Source of the DNA: Squalus acanthias
Taxonomy: Eukaryota
DNA length: 64,000 nt
NCBI GenBank assembly: GCA_030390025.1
Contig: CM059432.1
Span: 139,254,001-139,318,000, forward strand
Direction: 5' to 3'
The notes beneath the pieces are model-generated. The model ran no database searches and had not been told where the DNA came from. It saw nothing but the letters and a program-made list of their open reading frames with translations. Of the stretch, positions 12,760-25,059 are shown one piece after another. Position 1 is the first letter of the stretch. Each line of letters starts with the position of its first letter. The translations under genes were made by a program, and so were the position numbers.

Positions 12760-13450
12760 GTTCAGTAATGCACGAGAGAAAAGCTCTTCAGCTTCACTGC
12801 CAAAATGATAGGGCCTGCTTAGATGCTGCCAAGTCTTGCCGTCCCTTGATGAGCGTGACATTCATTGAAATAACTTGTCTCACTGTTCCATGTATTGAAC
12901 AGATTTTGCAGCAAAGGACATCTGGTCTCTTTCAGGATCTTCGTACTCTGGGTATTTTGCATCACCCTTAGCTTGATTCTGGCCTGCAGCCATGACATCT
13001 TTGTTGGAAAGTAGTTGGGTGTCCTGGGTCACCTTTAAGTACATCCACTTACTAACACCACCCTCTTCCACCTTGTGCAACTCTTCAAATAACTGGCCAG
13101 AGGCAACTGCACTGTTGAATACTGTATCTGCCAGACAAGAGCTCACAGCCTTAACCTTGATGACCGTGATCATCAGCTTGAATATTGGGCCACAATTCCT
13201 TTCAAAATTTTGGTGAGGATGGCCCAAGAAACACTGTCGCAAACTGCAGCAGTAAATGGCATTCTTTTACATTGAGTTTCCCCCAACATATTGGATACTT
13301 CCATCAAAGAGGGATGACAACAGCTGGAGCTTGCATCCTTTCTTGAGAATTTGCAGAACACACTGCTCTGCAGGCTGTAGGAGTACCAGCAGGCTGGGGT
13401 GGGAGGAGAAAGGGAAGGGCGAGATGATACTCCTGAACGGTTTCAGCTGC
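12760..13450 (-). pseudogene. Decayed coding-like island; possibly the zinc-knuckle/RLE C-terminus of a CRE-like non-LTR retrotransposon
   Basis: One minus frame of about 230 codons with 3 stops; motifs across frames ADDHGHQ..C, LADTVFNSAVASG, VDV..HPT, KYPEY, SFA, LSFW. Confidence 0.3.
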
Positions 13451-13812
13451 AAGGTGCACTGAACCGCCGTCTACGAGGATGGTTTTTGTAGGAATTTTCT
13501 GCTGCCATAAGTGATGACTCATGCAACACCAATTCCAATTTTTTACCTGAACAGTATATTTCAGTGATCTGTGTACATGGACCCCTAAATCTCTTTGGAC
13601 CCCCACTGTACCTAGCTTTTCACCATTTAAAAAAATACTCTGATCTATCCTTTTTTTGGTCCAAAATGGATAACCTTGCACTTACCTGCGTTGAAATCCA
13701 TCTGCCACAACTTTGCCCAGCATGCAGATGACTGGGCCATTGGTAAGACTTGAGTTTCAGGGTTCAGCAAGACAGGTTTTACTGTAATGTCATTCCTAAA
13801 GAATATACTCAC

Positions 13813-13903
13813 CGAGAACCACATTGTGTTCCAATATTCCAGCCAGCTGAGGTCCCGAATCAATGATTTTATCAATAGAACTCTTCTCGGACCCTGAACA
13901 AAT
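13813..13903 (-). CDS. FAM91A1: FAM91A1 coding exon 7 (ICSGSEKSSIDKIIDSGPQLAGILEHNVVL)
   Basis: ctctag|ATTTGT...CTCG|gtgagt; 91 nt. Confidence 0.95.
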
Positions 13904-14388
13904 CTAGAGGCAATAAGACAGCCATTCTCAACGTGATCTCAGCTGATTAATGTGCTCAAACAGAGAAAGTATTTACAAGACGGCAAAGTTACCAGTTATA
14001 AGTATATGTGCTGCATTGTCAAATTGGAGGACTCCTGGATACCACACTGAACATACTTTCAGACCTGGAAACAGGATCTATCTACAATCAGACTTTACAG
14101 GCCCTGATAGATGCCTCAATTCAGAAGTAGCAATAATAGGTTTAAATTACTCCTAATGTTGCCAAGACTCCTTGAAATTTCTACGTGCATTGTTTTGTAC
14201 ATTTCTTAGATACGTTGCCAATATGGCATGAACATTTTTCCTTAATAAGTTGGCAAAACAGTGTTTCTATTGACAAAATAAACAAAAAACATATGAAAAT
14301 GCTGGAAACACTCGGGGGGGGGGGGGGCAGCAATATCTGTGCGACCAGATATTTGCCGAGACCCACTTTTATAGCCACAGCTCTTAAG

Positions 14389-14822
14389 TGTCAGCCGTGG
14401 CTCAGTGGGTAGCACTCTTGCCTGAGTCAGAAGGTTGTGGGTTCAAGTCCCACTCCAGAGACTTGGGCACAAAAAATCTAGGCTGACACTTCAGTGAAAG
14501 GAGCGCTGCACTGTCGGAGGTGCCGTTGAACTAAGTCACTGTCTGCTCTCTCAGGTGGATGTAAAAGACCCCATGGCACTATTTCGAAGAGGAGCAGGGG
14601 AGTTATCCTCGGTGTCCTGGCCAATATTCATCCCTCAGTCAACATCACTAAAACAGATTATCTGGTTATTATCACATTGATGTTTGTGGGAGCTTGCTAT
14701 GCGCAATTGGCTGCCGCATTTGCTACATTATAACAGTGACCACACTTCAAAAGTACTTCATTGGCTGTAAAGCGCTTTGGGGCGTCCGGTACTCGTGAAA
14801 GGCGCTATATAAATGCAAGTCT
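14389..14822 (+). mobile_element. Near full-length SacSINE1/DeuSINE-like tRNA-derived SINE
   Basis: A box TGGCTCAGTGG, B box GGTTCAAGTCC, Deu-like core, 3' tail AAAGGCGCTATATAAATGCAAGT shared with L2 fragments in the window. Confidence 0.85.
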
Positions 14823-14829
14823 GCCTTTT

Positions 14830-16200
14830 CTCTGCCCCCGTCTCCAGTTCAAACTCACTCCACATGGATTCCAGCTTCAATGTGACCCTGTTTCAGATCC
14901 ACCCATGATCACAGATATCTCTGTGATATTCAACATTCTTTCAAGCATTGCTCGCGCTGCTTTGTTAAATCCACCCCCTCCACCGTGCTCCCAATCTCTC
15001 TCTTTCGGAGCAGTGACCCACTTTATTTCAGAGCTGTCCCCGGTCCTCAATGCCACATTAGGCAGCAAGGACCATAAGCTTCAACAACTTTTGGATGCCA
15101 GCCTATCTCCGGATCCTTTCTTCACTTTCTCCCAACCAGTATTCCTGGTCATATTTTCACTATGCCCTCTGACCTTCCGCTCTCTGACCCTGAAACGTCC
15201 TCAGCTTCATAGCCCTACACTCCCACCGCAACAAACTTCCGCGCTCAACCGGACGCTGAGCTATTCTTCTTCTCTCTTCACATCCATGCCTAACTTTTTT
15301 TGGCCGAGACATCCCACCACCGTGTCTTGACCGTTCTGCTGTCTTCAGCCTCCTCAAAGCACCTAGACCACTCCCTCTGGCCTCCTACCCTCCTGTTGAT
15401 TTTTTAAAAATCATTGAGAGATGAGCCACATCATTTTCTCCATTCCCTGCCGAACCTGCACCTTTCCATTCTCACGGGTCTAATCTCTTGAAGAGGCAGC
15501 TGAGGAGTGACCTAATAGAGGTCTTTAAAATTATGAAAGGTTTTGATAGAGTAGGCAGAGTGTTTCCACTTGTGGGGAAGAGCAAAACCAGAGGCCATCA
15601 ATATAAGATAGTCACCAAGAAATCAAATAGGGAATTCAGAAGAAACTTCTTTACCCAGAGAGTGGCGAGAATGTGGAACTCGCTACCACAGGAAATTGTT
15701 GAGGCAATTAGCATAGATGCATTTAAGGGGAGACTAGATAAGTACATGGGGGAGAAAGGAATAGAGGGTTACGCTAATAGAGAAAGACGGGAGGAGGCTC
15801 GAGTGGAGCACAAACGCCGGCATGGACGGATTGGGCCAAATAGCCAGTTTGCGCTGTATATTCTATGTAATTCTATGTAATCCTGACATCATTAGCAAAC
15901 CCGCTGACAAAGGAGACGTTTTTATTGTATGGGGGGGGGAAAAGGACCTTTTGCTCGCTACTGCTGAATGGCAACTCTCTGACAACAACTCCTATCTCCT
16001 CCTGGCCCACGATGCTACTACTGAACACCATGCCATCATTTCCCAGACTGTACTGACCTCACCTCTTGGCAATCTTTCCCCGCACCCCCATAGCCTCCAA
16101 CCTCATGGCTTCCCCAGCCCGTTTCTACCTCCTCACCAGGATAGAGAAACGGGACAATCCTGACAGACCCAGTGTTCCAGCCTACTCCTGTCCCACCAAA
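14830..16200 (+). mobile_element. Degenerate Penelope-like RT N-terminal region, interrupted by a CR1 3' fragment (15488-15880)
   Basis: PDIISKPADKGDVFIVW at about 15880-15930 resembles the PLE IKPADKG motif; CR1 peptide DLIEVFKIMKG. Confidence 0.6.
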
Positions 16201-16353
16201 CTAAGTTATTCTTAACCCCAGCATTGCACTGGAGTGTCAGCCTGGATTCTGTGCTCAAGTGTTAATGTGAATCTAATTAGCCACAGTAAGTAAAGCTCAA
16301 AAACTTAACTTCCACTATAAAATATGACTTTTGTCTGTTTATTTTTCCTTTAC

Positions 16354-16467
16354 CTTAATATCATCCTCTGTGATGAAACCAGCTTGCACCACCCACCATG
16401 GTTCAATGGTAATCTCCACGGGTTTCACTGGCAGCAGGTCACGAGCCGTTTTCCGCCTGAAAAATTT
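16354..16467 (-). CDS. FAM91A1: FAM91A1 coding exon 6 (KFFRRKTARDLLPVKPVEITIEPWWVVQAGFITEDDIK)
   Basis: ttccag|AAATTT...ATTAAG|gtaaag; 114 nt. Confidence 0.97.
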
Positions 16468-17623
16468 CTGGAATAATGGTTGTTTTGTACAATTAGTGAA
16501 CTTCTACATCTGCTGGCGAAATATAGTTCACTCTGCAATTAAGAAAGGCCAAGATAGCAAAGTATTGTAGTTACCAAGGAGCTAGGTATTAAAAAAAAAG
16601 CTATTATCTCTTCAGTGGAGTCCAGTTATAACACCTTGTTCTACATCATACATAAAATTTCTTTTGATGAATTGTGTGCTCATGAAGGTGAGGGATATCA
16701 GGGCTGTATGATGGAACACTGTCCCATTTAGGACATCCAGTATTGGCATCAGCACTTCATTTCATTGGATGGCAATACGTAAAATATGTACTTAATTGAA
16801 TGAGCTATGAACTAATTTCCTTCATAATTTTACAACATCTTGTCTAAAATGGGGTGTCTTTACAGGTACCCTTCCAGATTTGTTCATATAGGACTTACAG
16901 GTTTTAGGATTATAGCAAAACCCACCAATTTTCTCCATAAGCTGCGCGGCGCTCTAGAGCACCCGCACAGCTGGCTCACCGGCTTTTCAATGGGAAACAA
17001 TGCGCATGCGCAGTATTTTGAATGGGCCACGCACCCAAAAAAAATTAAAGGGAACACTGGGACCCACATGTGCAAATTAGATCTAACCATGACTGTTCAG
17101 TAACAGGTTATCCACAATAACCCAAATCAGTCTCCAAAAATCTCTTTTACTGTATTTAGTTCATTAATAATGAAAACGCGAAACCTGACAGCGTACAGCA
17201 CACTGTCCTTTCGCCAGAGACCCGGGTTCAAATCCAGCCCAGACGAATGGGATGGAAATATCTCCGTTGGCTTGAAGGGCCCCTCCATTAAATAATCTGT
17301 GCAGAGTTCAGATCCACGTCCTATTTCTCATGTGCCCATTGCATAAGACTGCTGAAAAGTTGGCACAAATTGAGCACAAGCAGCGATAGAGAAGCTACAA
17401 CAGCTAGTGTGGCAAATGGAAATATTCGCACTGGTGTCGAAGGAACTCAAGCACATTGTTGGGCCACAAGAGAGAGTTATATTCTGCATCAGGTCACCTT
17501 ATACCCAAGAATGCACAATACTGAGACAAGGTGTCCAATTTTCCAATACAGAACCACATCACTTCAATAAGTAAAAAAAAAACATAATATTCTTTAAAAC
17601 TAAAAAAATACAATGGGACTCAC

Positions 17624-17691
17624 TTTTGATGATCTACATTGGTTCATGAGGTCAATATACTGGTTCCTTCCAATTCCCAGAAGCCTCAGAC
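17624..17691 (-). CDS. FAM91A1: FAM91A1 coding exon 5 ((C)LRLLGIGRNQYIDLMNQCRSSK)
   Basis: taaag|GTCTG...TCAAAA|gtgagt; 68 nt. Confidence 0.97.
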
Positions 17692-17861
17692 CTTTAAAAT
17701 AAATTGGAGACCATGCTCAAGAAAAGCTTCATTACACCTATTTTAAAGCTATTCTCCAACATGTTAGCTCTACTATCTCTCCTTTAAGTCAGCTCTTTAA
17801 TAGCTCACGTTGCAGCAGCTTTGTTAAAACAGTTGCAAAACGTCCGTCACATTCTGAAAAC

Positions 17862-18190
17862 CAAACAACGTGCATTTATATAGCATCTTTAACACAGTAA
17901 AAATGTCCCACGGCGCTTCACAGGAGTGTTATCGGACAGAATTTGACACCGAGCCGCATAAGGAGATATTAGGACAGGTGACCAAAAGCTTGGTCAAAGA
18001 GGTAGGTTTTAAGGAGCGTCTGAAAGGTGGTAAGAGAGGCGGAGGGGTTTAGGGAGTGAATTCCAGAGCTTAGGGTCTAGGCAGCTGAAGGCACGGCCGC
18101 CAATGGTGGAGCGATGAAAATCGGGGATGCGCAAGAGACAAGAATTGGAGGGGCACAAAGATCTCAGAGGGTTGTAGGACTGGAGGAGGT
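17862..18190 (-). mobile_element. L2-like LINE 3' fragment (other copies at about 19210-19515 +, 21402-21665 -, 24830-24985 -, 35838-36245 -, 36855-37245 -, 45073-45545 -, 46215-46900 +, 51875-52610 -)
   Basis: GGRAFSCLGPKLWNSLP-type peptide and tail ...GCTATATAAATGCAAGTTGTTG repeated across copies. Confidence 0.8.
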
Positions 18191-19626
18191 GTTAATAAAA
18201 TAAATACGCATTTCAGACAGGCCAGTTCTGAAAGAAATCAATACCAACACAGCCAATACTTCATGCACTTAGTTTCCCCCTTTTCATTGAAATCACAAAG
18301 CAAGTTACTTTCAAATTACTACATAACTATCCTGAACTTAGTACATGTTTATTTTTGTGTCTGTCTATTTTTATGGATGAAAAAAATCAATGACCAACCG
18401 GTTTTAAATGAAATGTGTAGTCTAATTCTGAAGCAGCAACAAATTTACAAAGCATCATATTTTTAGTGTTCACATAAATAGTGTGCAAATAATCAATTTT
18501 TGCAGAAACTGTTCCATTTACTGACACTGCTGCAGCAGGGCCTATTCTGAAGAATTTTTAGATTCTTTGTTCAGTACATAAAAAGCAAGAAGGTTCTGAA
18601 AGCTCATTTTTTGATCAGTAATTTTTTACATTTCAAAGACTTTTCTAAGCTATTACCTCTCCAAACAAACACAGGTTTAGAAACACAAAATGGCATTGTC
18701 CAGGGTGAACACAGAACCTGATCCCAGGCCTCACATCATTGCCCATGGGTGTGCGAGGAACCTGCTCCTAGGTCCCAGCCAATGGCACCCTAACTGGACA
18801 GTATCAAGGGTGCATTAGAAACCTCATCCCCAAATCATCATCCAGGTAGGAGAATTGGTCTTGACTTTAGTGTCTCCACCCCACCTCCTCAGCTACGGTA
18901 TAGAGCTCAATTTGGAAAATCACAAACAGAAATATGCATCCTTAGTGAAATGTGCGCTAAAAAGACTTGCATTTATGTAGCGACTTTCATGACCTCAAGT
19001 TGTGCAGAATTAGAAGCAAATTTTTTAATATACTAATCCAGGAGGACCTACTTTTATAATAGTATTATGAACTGTTAGAACAATTTAGATGAACTATTAA
19101 TCGATTTGGATATTATACATTAAAATACTTCATTAAAAAAAAATTTCATCACTTCATTAAAACTGATTTTTAAAATTCAGTTGCTCAGCCATTTACAATA
19201 CATGCAATGTCATGGAAACTTGAAAAATAATAGATCTCTGCGCTCCTCCAATTCTGGCCTCTTGAGCATCCCCGATTTTAATCGCTGCACCATTGGCGGC
19301 CGTGCCTTCAGCTGCCAAGACCCTAACCTCTGGAATTCACTCCCTAAACCTCTCCGCCTCTCTTTCCTTCTTTAAGGCGCTCCTTAAAATCTACCTCTTT
19401 GATCAAGCTTTTGGTCATCTGCCCTAATATCGGCTTATGTGGCTCGGTGTCACTCGTGAAGCGTCTTGGGATGTTTTACTAAGTTAAAGGCGCTATACAA
19501 ATGCAAGTTGTTGTTACTTGGTAGCCCAGTAGGCGGCCCTCTTTTGAGCTTGGGGTTAAGAATTTTTGTTCATCCAGCATAAAAGATCAGTTTTATTCAG
19601 ATAGCAAACGTGTACGAAAGACTTAC

Positions 19627-19684
19627 AATCAGCAGCTGTGAAGTTAGGTAACGAATCATAACTTTTTTCACTGTTCATGATATC
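19627..19684 (-). CDS. FAM91A1: FAM91A1 coding exon 4 (DIMNSEKSYDSLPNFTAAD)
   Basis: ttttag|GATATC...GATT|gtaagt; 58 nt. Confidence 0.97.
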
Positions 19685-21181
19685 CTAAAAAGGAAAAAGA
19701 AAATGTTTTTTATTTTTAAAATGGAGTTGTGAACAATAAACAACAGCTGCATTGCAGTCCAAAACGGAAGAGATACTGTTCCTGAATTTGTAATTCTACT
19801 CTTACACAGGTCTGTAAAATCAATCCACTGGCAGCAATCAGCCAGCTCATAAGTACTGACGCAGCTGGCAACTTCTGCTCTTGTATTCACCAGTTTTAAA
19901 AGCCGCGGCCAGGATTGAAGGTGCTCTGGCTGGTGAGACAGAGGACATTTACACTCCTGGACTAATTGTTTCTTTCTGCACCTCTGGCTTTTGATTCCTA
20001 TTATCAATCCCTCCAACAGCCAGAATTGAGAATTAATTAAGTGTGGCTACACTGTTTAACTACTTTAGTTTGGAGAGTTTCGCTCCATGCAGTTTTGTAT
20101 TAGGGAGGATGAAGGTACCAAGCACATGGAGAAACACAAACTAATGGGGACCAGTAGATACGGATTTAGGTTAAGCTAATAGGGTTAGATGAAGAGGAGT
20201 GGGAGGAGGCTCGTGTGGAGCATAAACATCGGCATGGGTCTGTTGGGCCGAATGGCCTGTTTCTGAGCTGCACATTCTATGTAGAATCATCGAATGATAC
20301 AGCACAGAAGGCCGCCATTCGGCCCATCGTGCCTGTGTCGGCTCTTTGGTAGAGCTATCCCATGAGTCCCACTCCTCTGCTCTTTCCCCATAGCCCTGTA
20401 AAGTTACAGATAATACGATGTAACTTTTCAATCATCAGCATTTTTATGTGCCAGGTTATAAATGCATTAGCATGCCATGTAAAGGTTTAATTAAAAAAAG
20501 GAGAGATAACCGGAAGGAAACTATTCTTGTACGACTGAAGATTTCTTTTCAGTTGGCTCGTTCAAGATGACAAACCTTTTTTTCCCCCCCAAAAAAAGGT
20601 TATTGTGGCTCCTTAAGCCACACATTAACTGTGGGCAAAAAAGCAGCGGGGAAACTGCTCACAAACCTCGACAAATACTGCTCAGAATGGGCCAGCAAAA
20701 TCCAATGGCAATTCTCCCCTTGCCCCACCGCCCCCGATTTTCCATCCCCATGTGGCGAAGGATCTGCCACTATTCAACACTGTATCAGCGCAAAAGTTAA
20801 AGAGAAGTGCATTAACAAAACTAACAGCCGGACAGTTCCCATAGTTAGAATCATAGAATGATACAGCACAGAAGGTTGCTATTCGGCCCATTGCGCCTGT
20901 GCTGGCTCTTTGGTAGAGCTATCCTATTAGTCCTACTTGGGCAATGCACTGTTAGAAATCTGGGCTCCAATGAATGGAACCGATAGGACGGAAGTACTGA
21001 CCCCAGCTGAAATGACTTGGTCAGTCTTAATCAGATTCCTAGCGGATGCAGGTTTACAGCATAAAAATGTCCACAACTGAACTGACAAATTGCAGATCTC
21101 TCCCAGAGTGTGCACCAATTTAAATATTACAGGCTAAGACCTTTACTTGTCAGTTTAAAGTTACTGAATGCTTAAACTCAC

Positions 21182-21333
21182 CTCCATAATTCCTATATAA
21201 TAGGAAAAGGGTGTAACCCGTAGTCCCTTCACCATAATGTCAGATAAATGATATGGATACAGCATGAGATGTTCTCTGCTATATTTAAACAGCTCTTCGT
21301 AGTACTTGCGTTCATCTTTCTTGATGTATCTCA
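21182..21333 (-). CDS. FAM91A1: FAM91A1 coding exon 3 ((V)RYIKKDERKYYEELFKYSREHLMLYPYHLSDIMVKGLRVTPFSYYIGIME)
   Basis: cccag|TGAGA...ATGGAG|gtgagt; 152 nt. Confidence 0.97.
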
Positions 21334-22061
21334 CTGGGTTCGGGTGTGGGGGGAGAAATAAAGAGAAAATAAATAGTCAGCAATGTAGTGGAATTAAAAC
21401 CACAACAACTTGCATTTATATAGCGCCCTTAATGTAACAAAACATCCCAAGGCACTTCGCAGGCACGTTATCAGCCACAATTTAACACCGAGCCACATAT
21501 TAGGACAGGTGACCAAAACTTTGGTCAAAGAGGTAGGTTTTCAGGAACTTAAAAGGAGGAGAGAGAGGCAGAGGGGTTTAGGGAGGGAAATCCAAAGCTT
21601 AGGGCCCAGGCAGCTGATGGCACGGCCGCCAAGGGTGGAGCAATGGAAATCGGGGATGCGCAGGGAAATGTTCCCTTTAAAAATTTTTTGGGTGCACGGC
21701 CCCTTTAATGGGCTGATCGGCCCATTCAAATTCCCACACATGTGCGTTTTTTCCTATTGTTAAGCAATTGGCCCAAGGGTGTGCGCAGGTTGTGTCAACA
21801 GTCAGACTATCTTTCAGACTGGATAATGTAGGGCAGTCCGAAACATGCCAATTTGGGCTACATCAAAAAAAAGACATAAAATGGGAAGATTCCAATCTAA
21901 TTTCTGACGTACGGAATTGGAGAAAGGTGGTCAACAAGGGGGGTGGGGGAAAGAGAGAAATTCATCTTTCATTAATACATGCTTCGAATACATTGGGGGT
22001 GTTATGCAGGATTTAGCGCTTAACCTTTCACATGACAGTATGGGACCTGATGAATGAAGTA

Positions 22062-22593
22062 CAGGAAACTCTTTGGTATCCGGCACCGACGGGACCGGCG
22101 TGGTGCCGGTTGATCAAAAGTTCCGGATAACGGAGAGTTATATCTACCGAGGCTATTTTTAACAAACAAAAATAAAAAAATCAAGAAATGTGCAGTATAC
22201 AGTATTTGGGTACTCACCTACAGAATGTTGTGTTAAATGGATGGTGGAAGATGCTTGATTAAGTACAGTACTGCCAGTTGAGGGTAATCCATAACTCTTT
22301 AATTACTTAACAGTAAAACAAAACTTACACACAGTAAAATGGCCGATCAGAAGAGACTCCCGGCAGCGCAGGAGAATCAGACTCCTGTTACTGCGGTGTT
22401 CGGACTTCCGACAGCGCCAGGAGGCCGAGTAGTGGCACTTTGGAGAACGACCCCCACTGACTAACTTGGCGTTCGCGGGAGACTCGGACTCGGCAACATT
22501 GCCGGTTATTTGAGAGGAGTTTTCGGAGTATGATTTTTGCCGGTTAAGAGAGAATTCCGGATATTTAGGTGCCGGTTAAACAAGAGTTTCCTG
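22062..22593. mobile_element. Tc1/mariner (pogo/Tigger-like) MITE, 532 bp, related to 11912-12243 in opposite orientation
   Basis: TA|CAGGAAACTCTT...AAGAGTTTCCTG|TA; both ends match the other copy over about 60-75 bp. Confidence 0.88.
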
Positions 22594-22648
22594 TACATAC
22601 AATTCAAAATACTGTACATCAGACTTCAATAATGAAGGTTACACTTAC

Positions 22649-22733
22649 CCAAGTTACTTCTGTACCGCAGCTGATTGCGGATGCTGTAAAGCAGAACCTG
22701 TTTCTCGTATTCCCGCTGCGAGTTCCCGAGACT
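22649..22733 (-). CDS. FAM91A1: FAM91A1 coding exon 2 (SLGNSQREYEKQVLLYSIRNQLRYRSNL)
   Basis: ttacag|AGTCTC...TTGG|gtaagt; 85 nt. Confidence 0.97.
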
Positions 22734-22869
22734 CTGTAAAAGACATCACAAAGCAGTTATCATCTTCCTTATTAATTGTCAGAGCTTCATAATAACAGGA
22801 TTGACTCGAGCGGAGCCATATCCTATGTACAGTTACAAAAATAGCTCACAATTTTAAAAAAGTGCTTTC

Positions 22870-23185
22870 TTGCGCAAATAGCAATGTGATAATGACCAGA
22901 TAATCTGTTTTTCAGTGACGTTGATTGAGGGATAAATTTTGGCCAGGACACCGGGAAGAACTCCCTTCTTCAAAATAGTGCCATGGGATCATTTACGTCC
23001 ACCGAGAGTAGAAGACGGGGCCTCGGTTTAACATCTCATCCGAAAGACGGCCCCTCCGACAGTGCAGCACTCCCTCAGCACTGCACTGGAGTGTCAGCCT
23101 AGATTTTTGTGCTCAAGTCTCTGGAGTGGGATTTGAACCCACAACCTTCTGACTTAGAGGCGAGAGAGCTCCCAACTGAGCTACC
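22870..23185 (-). mobile_element. SacSINE1/DeuSINE-like SINE (further copies at about 8935-9235 -, 23538-23790 +, 26170-26505 -, 32220-32555 -, 33640-33810 +, 37450-37822 -, 40915-41160 +, 44030-44465 -)
   Basis: Similar to 14389-14822. Confidence 0.8.
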
Positions 23186-25059
23186 GTGGTAACTTTATAC
23201 ATAATCCACATGACTTTATGGATTAGTAAACTCTTCTTCTGGGCACTATCTGACTACCATTAAAATAACACAGCACCAAGAATGTGCACTAAACACATAC
23301 TTCAATATTTAATGGTTAATTACAAGGTGCTTTCTCCAAGATTAAAACTGGGATCATGATCTGATTGCTATATGTTAATGCAATTTCATTCTTAAATGCA
23401 GAATTGCAGTTTGATCTTAAAAGCTTTATGTAATACTTTAGATCCATCCATACGACAGTTTTATTTGTAATGGAGACTGATAACACCCAAATTGTCTCCT
23501 CTACTAAGAAACTAAGCAGTACATTAGATGAATTTGCACTGAGTCAGAAGGTTGTGAGTTCAAGCTCCACTCCAGAGACTTGAGCACAAAATCTTGTCGG
23601 ACACTCCAGTGCAGTGCTGAGGGAGCGCGGCACTGTCGGAGGTGCCGTCCTTCGGACGAGACGTTAAACCGAGGCCCCGTCTGCTCTCTCAGGTGGACGT
23701 AAAGATCCCATGGCACTATTTCAAAGAAGAGCAGGGGAGTTCTCCCCGGTGTCCTGTCCAATATTTATCCCTCAACCAACATCACTAAAAGCAGGAGATG
23801 AAAACTGCAGCACAGGGCACCAGTGAATCAGTAAACACAGAGTGGCACAACAAACACCAGTGAATTTAAGAGTTAAATGGAGAAGTGGGAGTGGGCAGCA
23901 GTGAATGTCAAAAGGTACAGAAGCATGGCTGGCACCAGCCGATCAATAAATTTGTAGTACAGCAGGCATACCAACGAATCAATAAATGAAAATGGAGGGT
24001 CGGGCCACCGACAGAACCTTAATGAATGCAGTGGGAATGAGTCGATTAATTGAGCAGTGGGCAGACTAAAGAAGTCAGTAAATTAACAAAGCAGCAAGTA
24101 ACAGTGAACTAACAAATTCATCGAGCAGTCGGCACTACAACATCTTAACAGATTAATGGAACAGTGAGCACAAATCAAGTTAATGGTACTGCGTGCACAC
24201 CAACAAATGGATAAACTAATGAAGCACGTTGAATTAATAAATTCAAAACAGGCACGCCAAATCAAGCAGCAGTGAATTAATAAATTCATAAAGCAGAGTG
24301 CACGCAAAAAAAATTAGCAATGCAGCAAACAAAGCAACAAAGTGAGTACGTTAATGGAGTAGCAGACATTAGTAAACTAATGCATGATCAGGCGCCAGTC
24401 AATTATGGGAATGGTGGCTGTGGGAGGGGGGGGGGGGACGGAAAGAGGTGGGTGAGGAGGCGTTAAGAGTTCATGGGATTAGAGGTCCCAGTTTGCGATT
24501 CCAAGGCTGCAAGAACCAAGGTGGTAGGCTCAAGCCCAGCCACTTCATCATACATCACCAGGGAAAGCCAATAGAATGGGCAAGCCAGCCCAAAACTGGA
24601 CGGCCAGCAACAATATCAGCGGGGGAAAATGGGATTTGCACAGGCCACAGTCCAAAGTGGGCAAGGAAGGTCTGCAGATGGGCCCGTTTATCAGGTGAAA
24701 ACCCCCAAAGATTGAGATTTAAACGTCTGATAAACAGGGGGGGAAAAACACCTAAAAGTCAGGGGAGTAGAAATTCCTGTTAAATCAGGTCAGATTTTTG
24801 TAACTTGCTCCACAGTAATAACTACAACTACTAGCCTTTATATAGCATCTTTAACATAGTAACACGTCTCAAGTGGCATTATCAAACAAAATTTGACACT
24901 GAGCCACATAAGGCGATATTAGGACAGGTGACCAAAAACATGGTCAAAGAGGTAGGTTTTAAGGAGCGTCTTAAAGGAGAGAGGCCTCGAGTGGTCAAAC
25001 ACTGCATCTACATCATGACTTGGGACATACCAAAAGTGCATCGGAAAAGCAGACATAAT

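Noticed and set aside
13080..13170. P-element/THAP9 KVxLAAQVFS-like motif
   Set aside because: Loose similarity only, with no other transposase motifs in the flanks
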